Numbered from the stretch's first letter, positions 26,539 through 37,601 are shown. The stretch is 46,423 nucleotides of DNA from an uncultured Acidobacteriota bacterium (GCA_903862855.1 CAIOZW010000173.1:1-46423); one strand, 5' to 3'. Made by a program: numbers and translations. The notes: a model not told the origin generated them from the letters alone.

Positions 26539-28584
26539 ATGAACCAACGTTATAGAAGTCTCTTCTTATCGATTCTACTGCTGACACTGCTCCTCACCAC
26601 CAGTGATCTCCTGGCCCAGGATCGACGTCCGATCAGCTTCAATGATCAGATCTCCCTGAAAAGGCTCGCCGATGCACAGATCTCCCCAGATGGGCGAACG
26701 GTCGCCTATGTGGTGACCGTCGTCGACAAGGCCGCCAATCGCGGCAAACGTTCGATCTGGACCGTCCCGACCGCCGGAGGAGCTCCAACCGAACTGATCA
26801 CCTCCGCCCGTAATGATGACAGTCCGCGGTGGTCAGCGGATGGACGAAAGATCGCCTTTCTCTCCTCACGGGAGGGGGCGCCGCAGATCTTCGTCGCCGA
26901 TATCGATGGACGCAATGCCCGTCGGGTGACCGACGTTCCACTCGGTGTGGCCGACTTTATCTGGTCTCCCGACGGGAATCAGTTTGCCTTCAGCACCGAG
27001 ATCTACCCTGACTGTCGTGACCTCGCCTGTGTTGCCGCCCGTGCCGAGGCCGAGTCAAAAAGCAAGGTCAGCGCGGTCGTCGCCGATCGGCTTCTCTATC
27101 GCCACTGGGACAGCTTCAAGCGCGGCCGCCGTTCACACCTCTTCATCATTCCGGCCGCTGGTGGAATGGCCCGAGATCTGACTCCTGGAGATTATGATGT
27201 TCCGCCATTCTCTCTGGGTGATCCGACCGCCTACCACTTCTCCCCGGATGGCCGGGAGATCGCCTTTGTCCGAAATATCGAGACGCAAGAGGCGCTCAGC
27301 ACCAACAACGACATCTTTACCGTCTCCAGCAGTGGAGGTGAAGCGAAGAGGATCACGGCGGCCAATGCTGGATCCGATTCCGCCCCACGCTACTCCCCGG
27401 ATGGAAAATGGATTGCATACCGCTCACAGGCGCGAAACGGCTATGAGGCCGACCGCTTCCGGCTCATGCTCTACCATCGCCAGACGGGAGCTGTCCGCGA
27501 GCTGTCCGCCGGCTTTGACCGCAATGTCGGCGATCTGCTCTGGACTCCCGACAGCCAGCGCATCCTGCTCATCGCCGAGGATCGGGGACGGGAGCCAGTC
27601 TGGGCCGCTCCCATCGATGGTGGAAAGTTCCAGCTCATCCACGCCAATTCGACCAATACCGGTATCTCTCTCTCTGCAGATGGACGGACACTTGCCCTGA
27701 CCCGCGGCAGCCTCTCGCTGCCGACCGAGATCTTCGTCAGTGAGAGCAACGGGGCCAGCCTGCGCCAGTTGACTCGCACCAACGAAGCTCTCCTCAACCA
27801 GCTCGAGCTCGGCACAGTCGAAGAGTTTGAGTACGAAGGAGCCCTGAAGGCCCGGATTCACGGTTTCCTCGTCAAACCTCCGCGCTTCGATCGGACACGC
27901 AAATATCCGCTGATCCTTCTCATCCACGGAGGTCCGCAGGGAGCCTGGCTCGACTCGTGGAGCTATCGCTGGAATCCCCAGCTCTGGGCGGCGCGTGGTT
28001 TCGTCATTGCCGCCATCAACCCTCATGGGTCGACCGGTTATGGCCAGGCCTTCACCGAGCAGATCAGCGGCGACTGGGGAGGTGCCGTCTATGAGGATCT
28101 GATGAAGGGGGTCGACCACCTGATCGCCCAGGGCTTTGTCGATCCAACCCGGCTCGGCGCCGCTGGAGGCTCCTATGGTGGCTATATGGTCAACTGGATC
28201 CTTGGCCATACCGACCGCTTCAAAGCCCTCATGTCCCACGCCGGGGTCTATAACCTGACCAGTATGTACGGCGCGACCGAGGAGCTCTGGTTCACCGAGT
28301 TCGAGTTCAAGGGCAATCCCTGGGAGAATCCCGAGCTCTACACCAGATGGTCACCGCACCTCTCGGCTAGGAACTTCAAGACTCCGACCCTTGTCATCCA
28401 CGGTGAACTGGATTACCGGGTGCCGATCGGCGAAGGCCTGCAACTCTTCACGACCCTGCAGCGCAAGGGGGTTCCATCCAGACTCCTCTACTTTCCCGAT
28501 GAGGGCCACTGGATCCTCAAGCCGCAGAACAGCGAGCTCTGGCACTCGACCGTCTTCGATTGGTTCGAGAAGTGGCTCAAGTAG
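26539..28584 (+). CDS. S9 family peptidase (dipeptidyl/acylaminoacyl peptidase) with PD40 beta-propeller
   Basis: Signal peptide; repeated SPDG motifs; IHGGPQ, GGSYGG, HGELDYRV and EGHW. Start ATG 26539 with GAGG SD. Confidence 0.94.
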   Translation: MNQRYRSLFLSILLLTLLLTTSDLLAQDRRPISFNDQISLKRLADAQISPDGRTVAYVVTVVDKAANRGKRSIWTVPTAGGAPTELITSARNDDSPRWSADGRKIAFLSSREGAPQIFVADIDGRNARRVTDVPLGVADFIWSPDGNQFAFSTEIYPDCRDLACVAARAEAESKSKVSAVVADRLLYRHWDSFKRGRRSHLFIIPAAGGMARDLTPGDYDVPPFSLGDPTAYHFSPDGREIAFVRNIETQEALSTNNDIFTVSSSGGEAKRITAANAGSDSAPRYSPDGKWIAYRSQARNGYEADRFRLMLYHRQTGAVRELSAGFDRNVGDLLWTPDSQRILLIAEDRGREPVWAAPIDGGKFQLIHANSTNTGISLSADGRTLALTRGSLSLPTEIFVSESNGASLRQLTRTNEALLNQLELGTVEEFEYEGALKARIHGFLVKPPRFDRTRKYPLILLIHGGPQGAWLDSWSYRWNPQLWAARGFVIAAINPHGSTGYGQAFTEQISGDWGGAVYEDLMKGVDHLIAQGFVDPTRLGAAGGSYGGYMVNWILGHTDRFKALMSHAGVYNLTSMYGATEELWFTEFEFKGNPWENPELYTRWSPHLSARNFKTPTLVIHGELDYRVPIGEGLQLFTTLQRKGVPSRLLYFPDEGHWILKPQNSELWHSTVFDWFEKWLK

Positions 28585-28595
28585 CTGTGCGATTC

Positions 28596-28619
28596 GACCG
28601 GGAGGCTCCCCTCCCGGTC
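28596..28619. terminator. Hairpin between convergent genes
   Basis: Perfect 10-bp stem GACCGGGAGG-CTCC-CCTCCCGGTC between the S9 peptidase and comM stops; no strong U tract. Confidence 0.5.
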
Positions 28620-28624
28620 CCCCT

Positions 28625-30175
28625 TCATCCCTGCCAGAAACTGCGATCGAGGGTCCGGTACTGGACCGCCTCGGAGAGGTGGGCTTCACCAATCTCCGCT
28701 ACTCCCTCCAGATCGGCAATTGTCCGGCTGACCTTGAGAATACGGTCGTAGGCCCGCGCCGAGAGGCCGTATCTGTTTATCGCTCTCTCGAGCAGATTCT
28801 GCGGCCCGCTGCCCAGCTCGCAGTGTCTCCTGATGAGACGCGGGGTCATGCGGGCATTACAGAAGACCTGGTCAGCACGAAACCGCTCGAGCTGGATGCG
28901 CCGTGCACGATCGACCCGCGCACGGATCTCCGGTGAGCCTTCTGTTGCCTCGGCCTCGGCCAATTCCCGCACCTTGACCGCCGGCACATCGATGTGGATA
29001 TCGATTCGGTCGAGCAAAGGCCCGGAGATCCTTGTAATGTAACGCTTGATCATCGGCAGGGTACAACTGCACTCACGCGTCGTCGCATTGTAGTATCCGC
29101 AAGGACAGGGGTTCATCGCCGCAACCAGCATGAAACCTGCCGGAAAGGTGAGTGACATCGCGGCACGACTGATCGTGACCTTCTGATCCTCGAGGGGCTG
29201 ACGAAGGACCTCCAGAACATTCCGCTCAAATTCCGGGAGCTCATCGAGAAAGAGAACCCCATTGTGGGCCAGACTCACCTCGCCAGGGCGTGGTATGGTT
29301 CCGCCTCCGATCAGGCCGGCATCACTGATCGTATGGTGTGGGGAACGGAATGGTCTTGTCGTCAGCAATCCTCGCGCATCGGTGTAGCCGGCAACACTGT
29401 GGATCTTCGTCGCCTCCAGAGCCTCCTCAAAGGTGATCGGCGGCAGAATCGTGGTGATCCGCTTGGCAAGCATTGTCTTGCCCGACCCCGGCGGCCCGAT
29501 CATCAGAATGTTATGACCACCAGCCGTGGCGATCTCGATCGCCCGCTTTGCGTGCAGCTGCCCACGCACCTCGCGGAAGTCGATCGGATAATGATCGGCG
29601 GTACCAAAGAGCTGGTCGAGATCGATCCGCAGTGCCGGTATCTCTCCTGGCGCCTTGAGCAGCTCGACCACCTCACGCAACTCCCGCACCGGGTAGACGT
29701 CGAGCCCGGCCACTACCGCTGCCTCCGGCGCATTCTCGACCGGCAGAAGAATCCGCTTCAATCCTTTCCGTCGCGCGGCGACGGCAATTGGCAAAGCTCC
29801 ACGCACCGGCCGTATCCGGCCATCGAGCGCCAGCTCCCCGATCAGCAGACTCTCCTGCAGCACCTCCGGCTCCAACTCCCCATTCGCTCCAAGGATCCCC
29901 ACCGCAATCGGCAGATCGAAGGCCGACCCCTCCTTTCGTATATCGGCCGGCGCCAGATTGATCGTCGTCTTCATAAATGGAAACGTGAATCCACAATTGA
30001 TGATCGCCGCCCGAATCCTCTCCCGACTCTCCCGCACCGCCATATCGGGCAGACCAACGACGACTACACTCGGATCGGTCATGACATCACTCGGCCGTGG
30101 CGCCAGATCGACCTCAACCTCGACCAACTCCGCATCGATACCAAAGACCGCTGCACTCAATGTTTTGTATAACAA
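28625..30175 (-). CDS. comM: YifB/ComM family Mg-chelatase-like AAA+ ATPase
   Basis: [66 protein letters not shown] and [18 protein letters not shown]; TTG start with GGAGG SD. Confidence 0.96.
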   Translation of the reverse strand: MLYKTLSAAVFGIDAELVEVEVDLAPRPSDVMTDPSVVVVGLPDMAVRESRERIRAAIINCGFTFPFMKTTINLAPADIRKEGSAFDLPIAVGILGANGELEPEVLQESLLIGELALDGRIRPVRGALPIAVAARRKGLKRILLPVENAPEAAVVAGLDVYPVRELREVVELLKAPGEIPALRIDLDQLFGTADHYPIDFREVRGQLHAKRAIEIATAGGHNILMIGPPGSGKTMLAKRITTILPPITFEEALEATKIHSVAGYTDARGLLTTRPFRSPHHTISDAGLIGGGTIPRPGEVSLAHNGVLFLDELPEFERNVLEVLRQPLEDQKVTISRAAMSLTFPAGFMLVAAMNPCPCGYYNATTRECSCTLPMIKRYITRISGPLLDRIDIHIDVPAVKVRELAEAEATEGSPEIRARVDRARRIQLERFRADQVFCNARMTPRLIRRHCELGSGPQNLLERAINRYGLSARAYDRILKVSRTIADLEGVAEIGEAHLSEAVQYRTLDRSFWQG

Positions 30176-30368
30176 GGCACACCACCTCCCGGAGCAAGTG
30201 ATCTGCTCCAGATTACCAGCACAATTATTTGTTGGAGAGAGGGGGTGGCGGGCAAGGTGATCAGATGCTGAGTATCACTCTCCCGTTTATTCGACAACGA
30301 TGGGATCTTATAACAGAACCGTGGCCACGTCTATCGGCCATCCACACTGGACTCTGCTGACATTTGGC

Positions 30369-30422
30369 AAAAAAACACGGAATCGGCAAAGAAAAGGAGG
30401 ATAAAACTCTGCCGACTCCGTG
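30369..30422 (-). terminator. Intrinsic terminator after the transglycosylase gene
   Basis: Minus strand CACGGAGTCGGCAGAG...CTTTGCCGATTCCGTG followed by a run of seven T. Confidence 0.8.
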
Positions 30423-30449
30423 AATCAGTTGAAAGGAGAATCGCTTTTC

Positions 30450-32180
30450 TCAGCGAACCGGCACTCTGAGTGCCTGACCGATACGCAACTTGCTGCCTCT
30501 GCCAATACCGTTGAGAGAGGTCAATGCCCCAACCGAGGTGTTATACCTTCCGGCAATATCGCCGAGTGTCTCACCACGTTTGACGCGATAGGTGATAACC
30601 TTTCCAGACTTGTCTCTGGTTCCGGTATTGCCTCTCGATGAGACGCGTCGCCCCGCTCCGGCCTCGTCCTCATCATCGTTCCGGGCATTCGTCAGAACCA
30701 CATTTCGCACTCGGCCACTCAGCGGGAGAATGACCTTCCGGTCGGCCGGAATCTCACCACCATTCGCCTCCTCAAGCATCTCCGTCGAGAGCCCGATCCG
30801 GCGGGCAATCGATTCGAGGCTCTCCCCGGCATTTGCCGTCAGCATACGCCAGGTGGCACGCTTCTCGACCGGAATCCGTGAGAGCGCGCGATGCAGCTCA
30901 CGCCCCTTCCCCGATGGCACCCGCAGCAGATACTCGCTGCCTGGCGGGGTCACACCCCGTCGCAACTCAGGGTTGAGTGCCTCGATCAGCTCAGACGAGG
31001 AATCCGTGGCATCGGCAACCAGTTTCAGATCGACGAGATTGTTGACCTTCACAAAATCGTACTTCAGTGATGGCTCCGGATCGACCGCAAAACCGAATCT
31101 CTCCGGATTCTTGGCTACAATGATGGTGGCAAGAATGTTGGGGACGTAATTGCGGGTTTCACGTGGGATGAGTCCTCGCTCATAGATCTCCCAGAAATCG
31201 GCATAGCCGGATTTGGCAATTGCCGCATCGATCCGACCTTCACCCGTATTGTAGGCGGCCATCGCCAGTTCCCAGTTACCATCATATCGATCGGCGAGGA
31301 ACTTCAGATAGCGGGCGGAGGCACGGGTCGCCTTCTCGAAACTCGAACGCTCATCAACCCACGAATCGATCTGCAGGCCAAACCGTGAACCAGTTGCCGC
31401 AATGAACTGCCAGAGCCCGACCGCGGCGGCCCAGGAACGCGCATTTGGTGACCAGGCGCTCTCGACCTGACAGAGCCAGACCAGATCCTGTGGGACGCCC
31501 TCCTCACGGAAGATCTTTCGACTCATCTCCATGAAACGACCAGAGCGACGGAGCCCCTGCTCCATCGTCACCCGACCGCGTCCCTGATAATAATTGATGT
31601 AGCTCTGGATCAGCGCGTTTGGTCTGAAACCGAAATCGAGGTGGGCGGCAACGACCGACTGACGTGCCTGCTCGTCGGTGGCGCCCTTGGTCTCATCTGT
31701 CGTCAGATCGATCTTTGCCAGATCATCGAGTGGCGAGGGGGAGAAGGACTGCGTTCCAAAACCACGTCCAATGTCACTCTCCGCATCGGTGGCCGATGGA
31801 GCAACGGCAAGGAGGGTCATCTGTCGCTGGAAGATATTTTCAACGATCGTCTCAAAGTGCTGGCGAAGATGAGCATCGGTGCGGATATCGAGACCAGCTT
31901 CGAGAATCACATCGATCGCCCGATCGTACTCGCGACGCGCCCGATCAAAGTTTCCATTCTTGAAACTCTCTTCACCGGACTGAAAGTGGAGGGTCGAGGT
32001 CTCGATGACACGCTGTACGGCCTGGTTGACGGTACGGATTGCGGTGCCCTGGGGCTCTCCCTGCCCCTGAACTCCTGGGAGATCCTGGGCGTTCACCGGG
32101 TTGCCGATGAAGAGACTCAGCGCAAGGGCGGAGAGACCGATTGTCAGCAAATCTGACTCTCGGCGAACCGGGCCCCTCAT
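30450..32180 (-). CDS. mltD: MltD-like lytic transglycosylase (SLT domain + LysM)
   Basis: QVESAWSPNARSWAAAVGLWQFI, AAYNTGEG, ETRNYVP and C-terminal LysM YRVKRGETLGDIA. The start is uncertain (ATG 32180 or 32240); a signal-like segment follows 32180. Confidence 0.9.
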   Translation of the reverse strand: MRGPVRRESDLLTIGLSALALSLFIGNPVNAQDLPGVQGQGEPQGTAIRTVNQAVQRVIETSTLHFQSGEESFKNGNFDRARREYDRAIDVILEAGLDIRTDAHLRQHFETIVENIFQRQMTLLAVAPSATDAESDIGRGFGTQSFSPSPLDDLAKIDLTTDETKGATDEQARQSVVAAHLDFGFRPNALIQSYINYYQGRGRVTMEQGLRRSGRFMEMSRKIFREEGVPQDLVWLCQVESAWSPNARSWAAAVGLWQFIAATGSRFGLQIDSWVDERSSFEKATRASARYLKFLADRYDGNWELAMAAYNTGEGRIDAAIAKSGYADFWEIYERGLIPRETRNYVPNILATIIVAKNPERFGFAVDPEPSLKYDFVKVNNLVDLKLVADATDSSSELIEALNPELRRGVTPPGSEYLLRVPSGKGRELHRALSRIPVEKRATWRMLTANAGESLESIARRIGLSTEMLEEANGGEIPADRKVILPLSGRVRNVVLTNARNDDEDEAGAGRRVSSRGNTGTRDKSGKVITYRVKRGETLGDIAGRYNTSVGALTSLNGIGRGSKLRIGQALRVPVR

Positions 32181-32238
32181 CTCCCTGCAGTTCTCATTCG
32201 GGGTATCCTCTTTTGCGTTCTGTTCAGATGTCCTAACC

Positions 32239-32271
32239 ATATTGTTCAAGCCTCGATATTGTTCAAGCCTC
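32239..32271. repeat. Exact 16-bp direct repeat ATATTGTTCAAGCCTC x2 (17-bp period)
   Basis: Copies at 32239-32254 and 32256-32271, followed by a partial ATATT. Confidence 0.9.
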
Positions 32272-32652
32272 AATATTTTTATAACTATGCCTGAAACTGT
32301 CATTCGAACCTTACGGGCCATCTCCCGCAAATTAGATCGTTCTCCAGAGGGTGACGGTTGAACCGGAGAAAGTCGGCCATCATTAATGATTGATATCGGT
32401 CAATTTTCAAGACGAGCTGATGTGTGGGCGAACGCAATTCACTGGGGTTCATAACACACTATGCGCGATCTCCGGCCAGATGGAGGATGGTCAAATCCGG
32501 GCCAGCCATTCAACAGTAAGGGCAGGGTTTATGTCCCCTGGGAGACTGCCTGAATGGTGACCTGTCGTGATCACCCCGTGCCGAAAAGAGAACTCTGATT
32601 TACGAAGAGCAGAACATCCAGTGATGCATTACGAAACGCCAATTACCCGCGG

Positions 32653-32681
32653 ATTGTAACTTTTACACACCAGACTGTCAA
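32653..32681 (-). promoter_or_regulatory. Near-consensus sigma-70 promoter facing the transglycosylase gene
   Basis: Minus strand TTGACA-N17-TACAAT. Confidence 0.75.
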
Positions 32682-32995
32682 CGAAATAAGACTCTCCAAT
32701 TGCCCCCCTGAAGAGTGGAGTTTGACTGTTGCCCGGGTGAGATGCCGGTTGCGGCTCCAACGGGTCACCGTGAGGAGGTCGAGTCCTGATCAACTTCATC
32801 AACCGTGAGGTGGCACTGACCCAAAACGAGGTTCTCAAAATGAGGGTGAAGCAGGACAAGAATGGCTTGCGTGTCTGAAGACGCACGGTCACGGTCGGGA
32901 GATGGCGCTGCTTCCGCTCCTGCCTGGCAGCAGAACTTCCGGGATGAATCTCCAAGGGTAATAAATAAAGATCTGCAGAGCAGAGGAAGAGGTGA

Positions 32996-33026
32996 TTGAC
33001 AGCCCCCCCAATACTTCATATACACT
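32996..33026 (+). promoter_or_regulatory. Sigma-70-like promoter for the TPM gene, possibly leaderless
   Basis: TTGACA at 32996 followed by TATACA (N17) or TACACT (N19); ATG 33034 has no obvious SD. Confidence 0.45.
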
Positions 33027-33033
33027 CCATTAA

Positions 33034-33885
33034 ATGGAGACGATAACCGGATCAACTCGACAATTAGCTGCCGCGGTGCTGGTGATCTTCGTGACCCTGC
33101 TGGTTCTGACAAAAGGCGGAATGGGTCAGACGCCCCCGGCTGGCCACGTCAACGACCTGGCAGGAGTGGTCGATGAGTCGACCCGGACGAAGCTCGAGAC
33201 ACTGCTCACCAACTTCGAGACGCGCACCGGAACCCAGATCGCCGTGGTCACGATCAAATCGCTCGAAGGGCGGATGGTTGAAGAGTATGCCAATCAGCTC
33301 TACCGGACGTGGGGAATCGGGGCAAAGAGTGGTCAAAACAAGGATAAGGGGGCGTTGCTCCTGATCGCCATCGAAGATCGAAAGACCCGGCTCGAGGTTG
33401 GGTACGGTCTGGAGGGAGATCTGCCGGACGGTCTGGCCGGCGAACTGGTCCGGCGGATGCGTCCATTCCTGAAGCAGGCCGACTATTCTCAGGCGGTCTG
33501 GGTCGGGTCACGCTCGATCGTCGACACCCTGGCTGAGCGATGGCAGGTCTCGCTGGAAGGAATCGAGGACCGGCAGTTTGCCTGGAAGAAGCGTCAGCAG
33601 AGCGGATTCAAGATCAGTCCGCTGGTCATCTTTCTCTTCTTCATCGCAGTCGCGATCATCATCTCGATCATTTCGCGCTTCACGGGCGGTGGAGGCCGCC
33701 GCGGAGGAGGCGGGGGGAGCGACCTCTGGTGGCTTGCGCCGATCATCTTCAATGGTACGGGAGGCTCATTTGGCGGCGGAAGTGGTGGACGCGGCGACTG
33801 GAGCAGTGGTGGTGGAAGCGGCGGAGACTGGGGTGGATTCGGGGGAGGCAGCAGCGGCGGTGGTGGAGCGAGTGACAGCTGGTAG
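33034..33885 (+). CDS. TPM domain membrane protein (YgcG-like) with Gly-rich tail
   Basis: [22 protein letters not shown]...[19 protein letters not shown]; TM; ends [17 protein letters not shown]. Confidence 0.93.
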   Translation: METITGSTRQLAAAVLVIFVTLLVLTKGGMGQTPPAGHVNDLAGVVDESTRTKLETLLTNFETRTGTQIAVVTIKSLEGRMVEEYANQLYRTWGIGAKSGQNKDKGALLLIAIEDRKTRLEVGYGLEGDLPDGLAGELVRRMRPFLKQADYSQAVWVGSRSIVDTLAERWQVSLEGIEDRQFAWKKRQQSGFKISPLVIFLFFIAVAIIISIISRFTGGGGRRGGGGGSDLWWLAPIIFNGTGGSFGGGSGGRGDWSSGGGSGGDWGGFGGGSSGGGGASDSW

Positions 33886-33988
33886 ACCACTTCACGTCTG
33901 GCAGGGGTGACCTGCTGAACAAGTTCGGTTGAATCTGCCGTGTTTACGGGTGTCAAAAAAGGCAATTATGCCGACAGAGCACTAACAT

Positions 33989-34714
33989 ATGATTAAAGCT
34001 AAATTTAAGGATCTGATCGACCAGCTCGTCGCGACCGAAGGGGAGAATCTCCTCGCCGTCGTCGCCTACGGTTCAGCGCTCACCGCACCGGAGCATTCGG
34101 TCAGGTCGGATTTTCAGTGGCTCGTGCTGACAAGAAGGCTCAATGCCGAAGATCTGCGCCGAATTCGTCCGGTAATCAGAGGTCTGGTCAGCCAGGGATA
34201 CCCGATGCCGGCCTTCTTCACCGCCGAGGAGTTTCGCAACTCCCTCGACGTCTTTCCGATCGAATTTCGGCAGATGAAGCGAGCCTATGAGGTAGTCTAT
34301 GGAGTCGACCCGCTTGCTGATGCTGACGCCTCACCCGCCAATCTGCGCCTGCAGATCGAGTATGAACTGCGCGGCAAGCTGCTCCGTTTGCGGTCACTCT
34401 ACCTGCCGGCAAGCGAATCGAACGCCAATCTTCTCCAATTGATGACGGAGAGCGTGCTCAGTTTTGTCCGGGTCATGCGCTCGATGCTCGACCTTCTCGG
34501 GGAGACACCGCCGCTCGACCGCCTCGCGGCAGCGCGACAGATCGGGGAGCGGATGAAGGTCGATGTCGGACCGGTGATCAGGCTGCTCGAACTGCGTAAT
34601 ACGCCGCGGGAATTGATGGAGATTGAAACTCAGGATCTCTTTGCATCGTACATCGACTGTCTGTCAAAGTTGATCGAAGCGGTCGACAAGCTGGAGAGTG
34701 TGACCCGAGGGTAG
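33989..34714 (+). CDS. Nucleotidyltransferase-fold-like hypothetical protein
   Basis: LLAVVAYGSA...RSDFQWLV (degenerate GS..DxD); DVFPIEF..MK..Y..YG.D and LRLQIEYELRGKLLRLR. Confidence 0.7.
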   Translation: MIKAKFKDLIDQLVATEGENLLAVVAYGSALTAPEHSVRSDFQWLVLTRRLNAEDLRRIRPVIRGLVSQGYPMPAFFTAEEFRNSLDVFPIEFRQMKRAYEVVYGVDPLADADASPANLRLQIEYELRGKLLRLRSLYLPASESNANLLQLMTESVLSFVRVMRSMLDLLGETPPLDRLAAARQIGERMKVDVGPVIRLLELRNTPRELMEIETQDLFASYIDCLSKLIEAVDKLESVTRG

Positions 34715-34787
34715 ATGATCAGCCGATCGAATTGGCTGGTACCGTGTCAAAAAGTGAACAAATAATCTAAGGAGAGTCGGGGATAGT

Positions 34788-35402
34788 ATGGGAAAGACAT
34801 TACTGGTAGTTCTTGGAGTATTGCTCCTCTTTGTGCTCATAATCGGTGGATGGGCATTTGGGAGTTACAATGGTCTGGTCGAGAAGCGTAACCTGGTCGA
34901 TCAGCAGTGGGCGCAGGTGGAGAATAACCTCCAGCGGCGAGCCGATCTCATTCCAAACATAGTCAACACGGTGAAGGGCTATGCAAACATTGAAGCGGGC
35001 ATTCTGACGAGCATCGCAGATTCGCGTTCGCGTATTCTCTCACCGAATGCGACCCCCGAGCAGAAGATGGATGCAAGCAATCAGATGACCAATGCGGCGC
35101 GGCAGGCCGGTATTCTCAATGGTGGCGGGATACTGGGGACAGGTGGACGTTTTCTGGCCCTCACCGATACCTATCCGCAATTGAAGTCTGACCAGGCCTT
35201 TCTGCGACTGCAGGATGAGCTCTCCGGTACTGAGAACCGACTGGCCGTCGCGCGTAAGGACTACAATGAGTCGGTGACCGTCTACAACACCGCACGGCAG
35301 AAGTTTCCCGGGGTGATCATTGCCTCGCTGACCGGTTTCCAGGACAAACCCTTCTTCAAGGCGGATGAGAGTGCGCGCAAAGCACCAGAAGTGAAGTTCT
35401 GA
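34788..35402 (+). CDS. lemA: LemA family protein
   Basis: N-terminal TM; [57 protein letters not shown] and APEVKF. Confidence 0.96.
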   Translation: MGKTLLVVLGVLLLFVLIIGGWAFGSYNGLVEKRNLVDQQWAQVENNLQRRADLIPNIVNTVKGYANIEAGILTSIADSRSRILSPNATPEQKMDASNQMTNAARQAGILNGGGILGTGGRFLALTDTYPQLKSDQAFLRLQDELSGTENRLAVARKDYNESVTVYNTARQKFPGVIIASLTGFQDKPFFKADESARKAPEVKF

Positions 35403-35460
35403 TCCGGAAATGGACGAAAACGCAACATTTGAAGAAGAGCCTCAGGCAGGAGTGGAAGAG

Positions 35461-37569
35461 ATGAGACTATCCAAATTAGCACTGGCCACCAGTCTGGCCC
35501 TGCTCGGAACAAGCGGGCTTGGACAGGCGCCCTCCTATCCGTCGACCCGTAAGGTTGAGCAGGTCGACAACTATCATGGCACCCGGGTCAGCGATCCCTA
35601 TCGCTGGCTCGAGGATGACAACTCACCCGAGACCGCCAAATGGGTCGAGGCGCAGAACAAGGTCACCTTCGGATATCTGGAGAAGATCCCCGTCCGCAGC
35701 CAGATCAAGCAGCGGCTTGAACAGCTCTACAACTATCCGAAGATCAGCTCTCCATCCCGGAAGGGTGAGTTCTACATCTTCTCAAAGAATGATGGTCTGC
35801 AGAATCAGAACGTGCTCTACATTCAGAAAGGGCTGAACGGATCGCCCGAGGTCCTGCTCGATCCGAACAAGTGGTCGGCAGACGGGACGATACGTTTGAG
35901 TGCCTTCGCATTGACGAGAGATGCGCGGTATGCGGTAGTCGGTGTCTCGCGCAGTGGATCGGACTGGCAGGAGTACCAGGTCATGGAGGTCACGACGCGA
36001 AAGATGCTCGACGACCTCGTCAAGTGGGTCAAGGTCTCCAGCCCTGCCTGGTGGGGCAACGGATTCTTCTACAGCCGCTATCCGGAACCGAAGAAGGGTT
36101 ATGAGCTCTCAACCCGCAACGAGGATCACCAGGTCTGGTATCACCGCATCGGAACGCCGCAGAGCGAGGATCAGCAGATCTATGCCGACTCTGCCAATCC
36201 GCAGCGCTTCCACCTTGTGCAGACGACGGAGGACGAGCGGTTTGCCATTCTGACGATCTCTGATCGTGGGAAAGGAAAGAAGGGCAACTCGGTCTACTAC
36301 CGCGACCTGTCGAAAGGTGAGAAGACATTCCACCCGTTGGTTGCCGATATTGGTGATGACAGTTTCAGTGTCGTCGACAATATCGGAGAGAAGTTCCTCG
36401 TCGAGACCAATCACAAGGCACCGAATGGTCGGGTAGTTCTCTTCGATCCGGCCAAACCTGGAGTCTGGCAGGAGGTGCTGCCAGAGAGACCCGAGCCACT
36501 CGAGAGCGTCGGCACGGCCGGCGGAAAGCTCTTTGCGACCTACCTGAAGGATGTGACGACCCGGGCATACGTCTACAGCCTGTCGGGCAGGCTCGAGAAT
36601 GAAGTTGCGATGCCCGGACCGGGAAGTGCAGGCGGGTTTGGTGGCAACTTCGACGACAAGTTCGTCTTCTACACCTTTACCTCTCTCAACTATCCGCCCT
36701 CGATCTTCCGCTACGATATTGCGACGCGGAAATCGAGCCTCCACCGGGCGACCGAGATCCCCGGATACAAGGCGGAGGAGTACGAGACGAAACAGGTCTT
36801 CTACACGAGCAAGGATGGCACGCGGGTGCCGATGTTCATCGTCCACCGCAAGGGGCTTAAACTGGACGGAACCAATCCAACCCTCCTCTATGGTTATGGT
36901 GGCTTCAATATTACCACCTCACCCAGCTTCAGTGCGCTGCGGATAGCGCTGCTCGAAAGGGGGTTTGTCTACGCCTCGGCCAACATGCGCGGTGGCGGAG
37001 AGTATGGTGAGAAGTGGCACGAGGCCGGAACCAAGTTGAAGAAGCAGAACGTCTTCGACGACTTCATCGCGGCGGCCGAGTGGCTGATTGCCAACAAATA
37101 CACCTCGTCGTCGCGACTGGCGATACAGGGAGGGTCGAATGGCGGACTGCTTGTCGGCGCGGTCATGAACCAGCGGCCGGAGCTCTTCAAGGTAGCGATT
37201 CCGCAGGTCGGGGTGATGGACATGCTCCGCTTTCACAAGTTTACAATTGGCTGGAACTGGATTGCCGATTATGGTTCAAGTGACAATCCGGAGGATTTCA
37301 AGGCGCTCTATGCCTACTCACCCATCCACAACCTGAAGGAGATCAGCTATCCGGCCACGCTGGTAACAACGGCCGATCACGATGACCGGGTCGTGCCTGC
37401 CCACTCCTTCAAGTATGCAGCAACGCTCCAGGAGCGGCAACGTGGCCAGGCACCGGTACTCATCAGGATCGAGACCAAGTCGGGCCACGGGGCGAGCAAT
37501 ACCGCCAAGCAGCTCGAGGGTACGGCGGATGTCTACTCATTCATCATCAGCGAGATGGGGTTGAAGTAG
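35461..37569 (+). CDS. Prolyl oligopeptidase (S9A), secreted
   Basis: DPYRWLED, YGYGGFN, RGGGEYG, GGSNGGLL, DHDDRVVPAHS and SGHG; start at ATG 35461 before the signal peptide. Confidence 0.96.
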   Translation: MRLSKLALATSLALLGTSGLGQAPSYPSTRKVEQVDNYHGTRVSDPYRWLEDDNSPETAKWVEAQNKVTFGYLEKIPVRSQIKQRLEQLYNYPKISSPSRKGEFYIFSKNDGLQNQNVLYIQKGLNGSPEVLLDPNKWSADGTIRLSAFALTRDARYAVVGVSRSGSDWQEYQVMEVTTRKMLDDLVKWVKVSSPAWWGNGFFYSRYPEPKKGYELSTRNEDHQVWYHRIGTPQSEDQQIYADSANPQRFHLVQTTEDERFAILTISDRGKGKKGNSVYYRDLSKGEKTFHPLVADIGDDSFSVVDNIGEKFLVETNHKAPNGRVVLFDPAKPGVWQEVLPERPEPLESVGTAGGKLFATYLKDVTTRAYVYSLSGRLENEVAMPGPGSAGGFGGNFDDKFVFYTFTSLNYPPSIFRYDIATRKSSLHRATEIPGYKAEEYETKQVFYTSKDGTRVPMFIVHRKGLKLDGTNPTLLYGYGGFNITTSPSFSALRIALLERGFVYASANMRGGGEYGEKWHEAGTKLKKQNVFDDFIAAAEWLIANKYTSSSRLAIQGGSNGGLLVGAVMNQRPELFKVAIPQVGVMDMLRFHKFTIGWNWIADYGSSDNPEDFKALYAYSPIHNLKEISYPATLVTTADHDDRVVPAHSFKYAATLQERQRGQAPVLIRIETKSGHGASNTAKQLEGTADVYSFIISEMGLK

Positions 37570-37601
37570 GGGCTGTCTGGTTACTGAAGACGGTTGCGAC
37601 G

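Noticed and set aside
26238-26587. Short ORFs in the REP-containing gap
   Set aside because: They translate palindromic repeat DNA and show no protein features.
32629-33112. ORFs of 108 and 115 aa in the divergent promoter region
   Set aside because: They overlap promoter elements or the TPM gene start and have no motifs.
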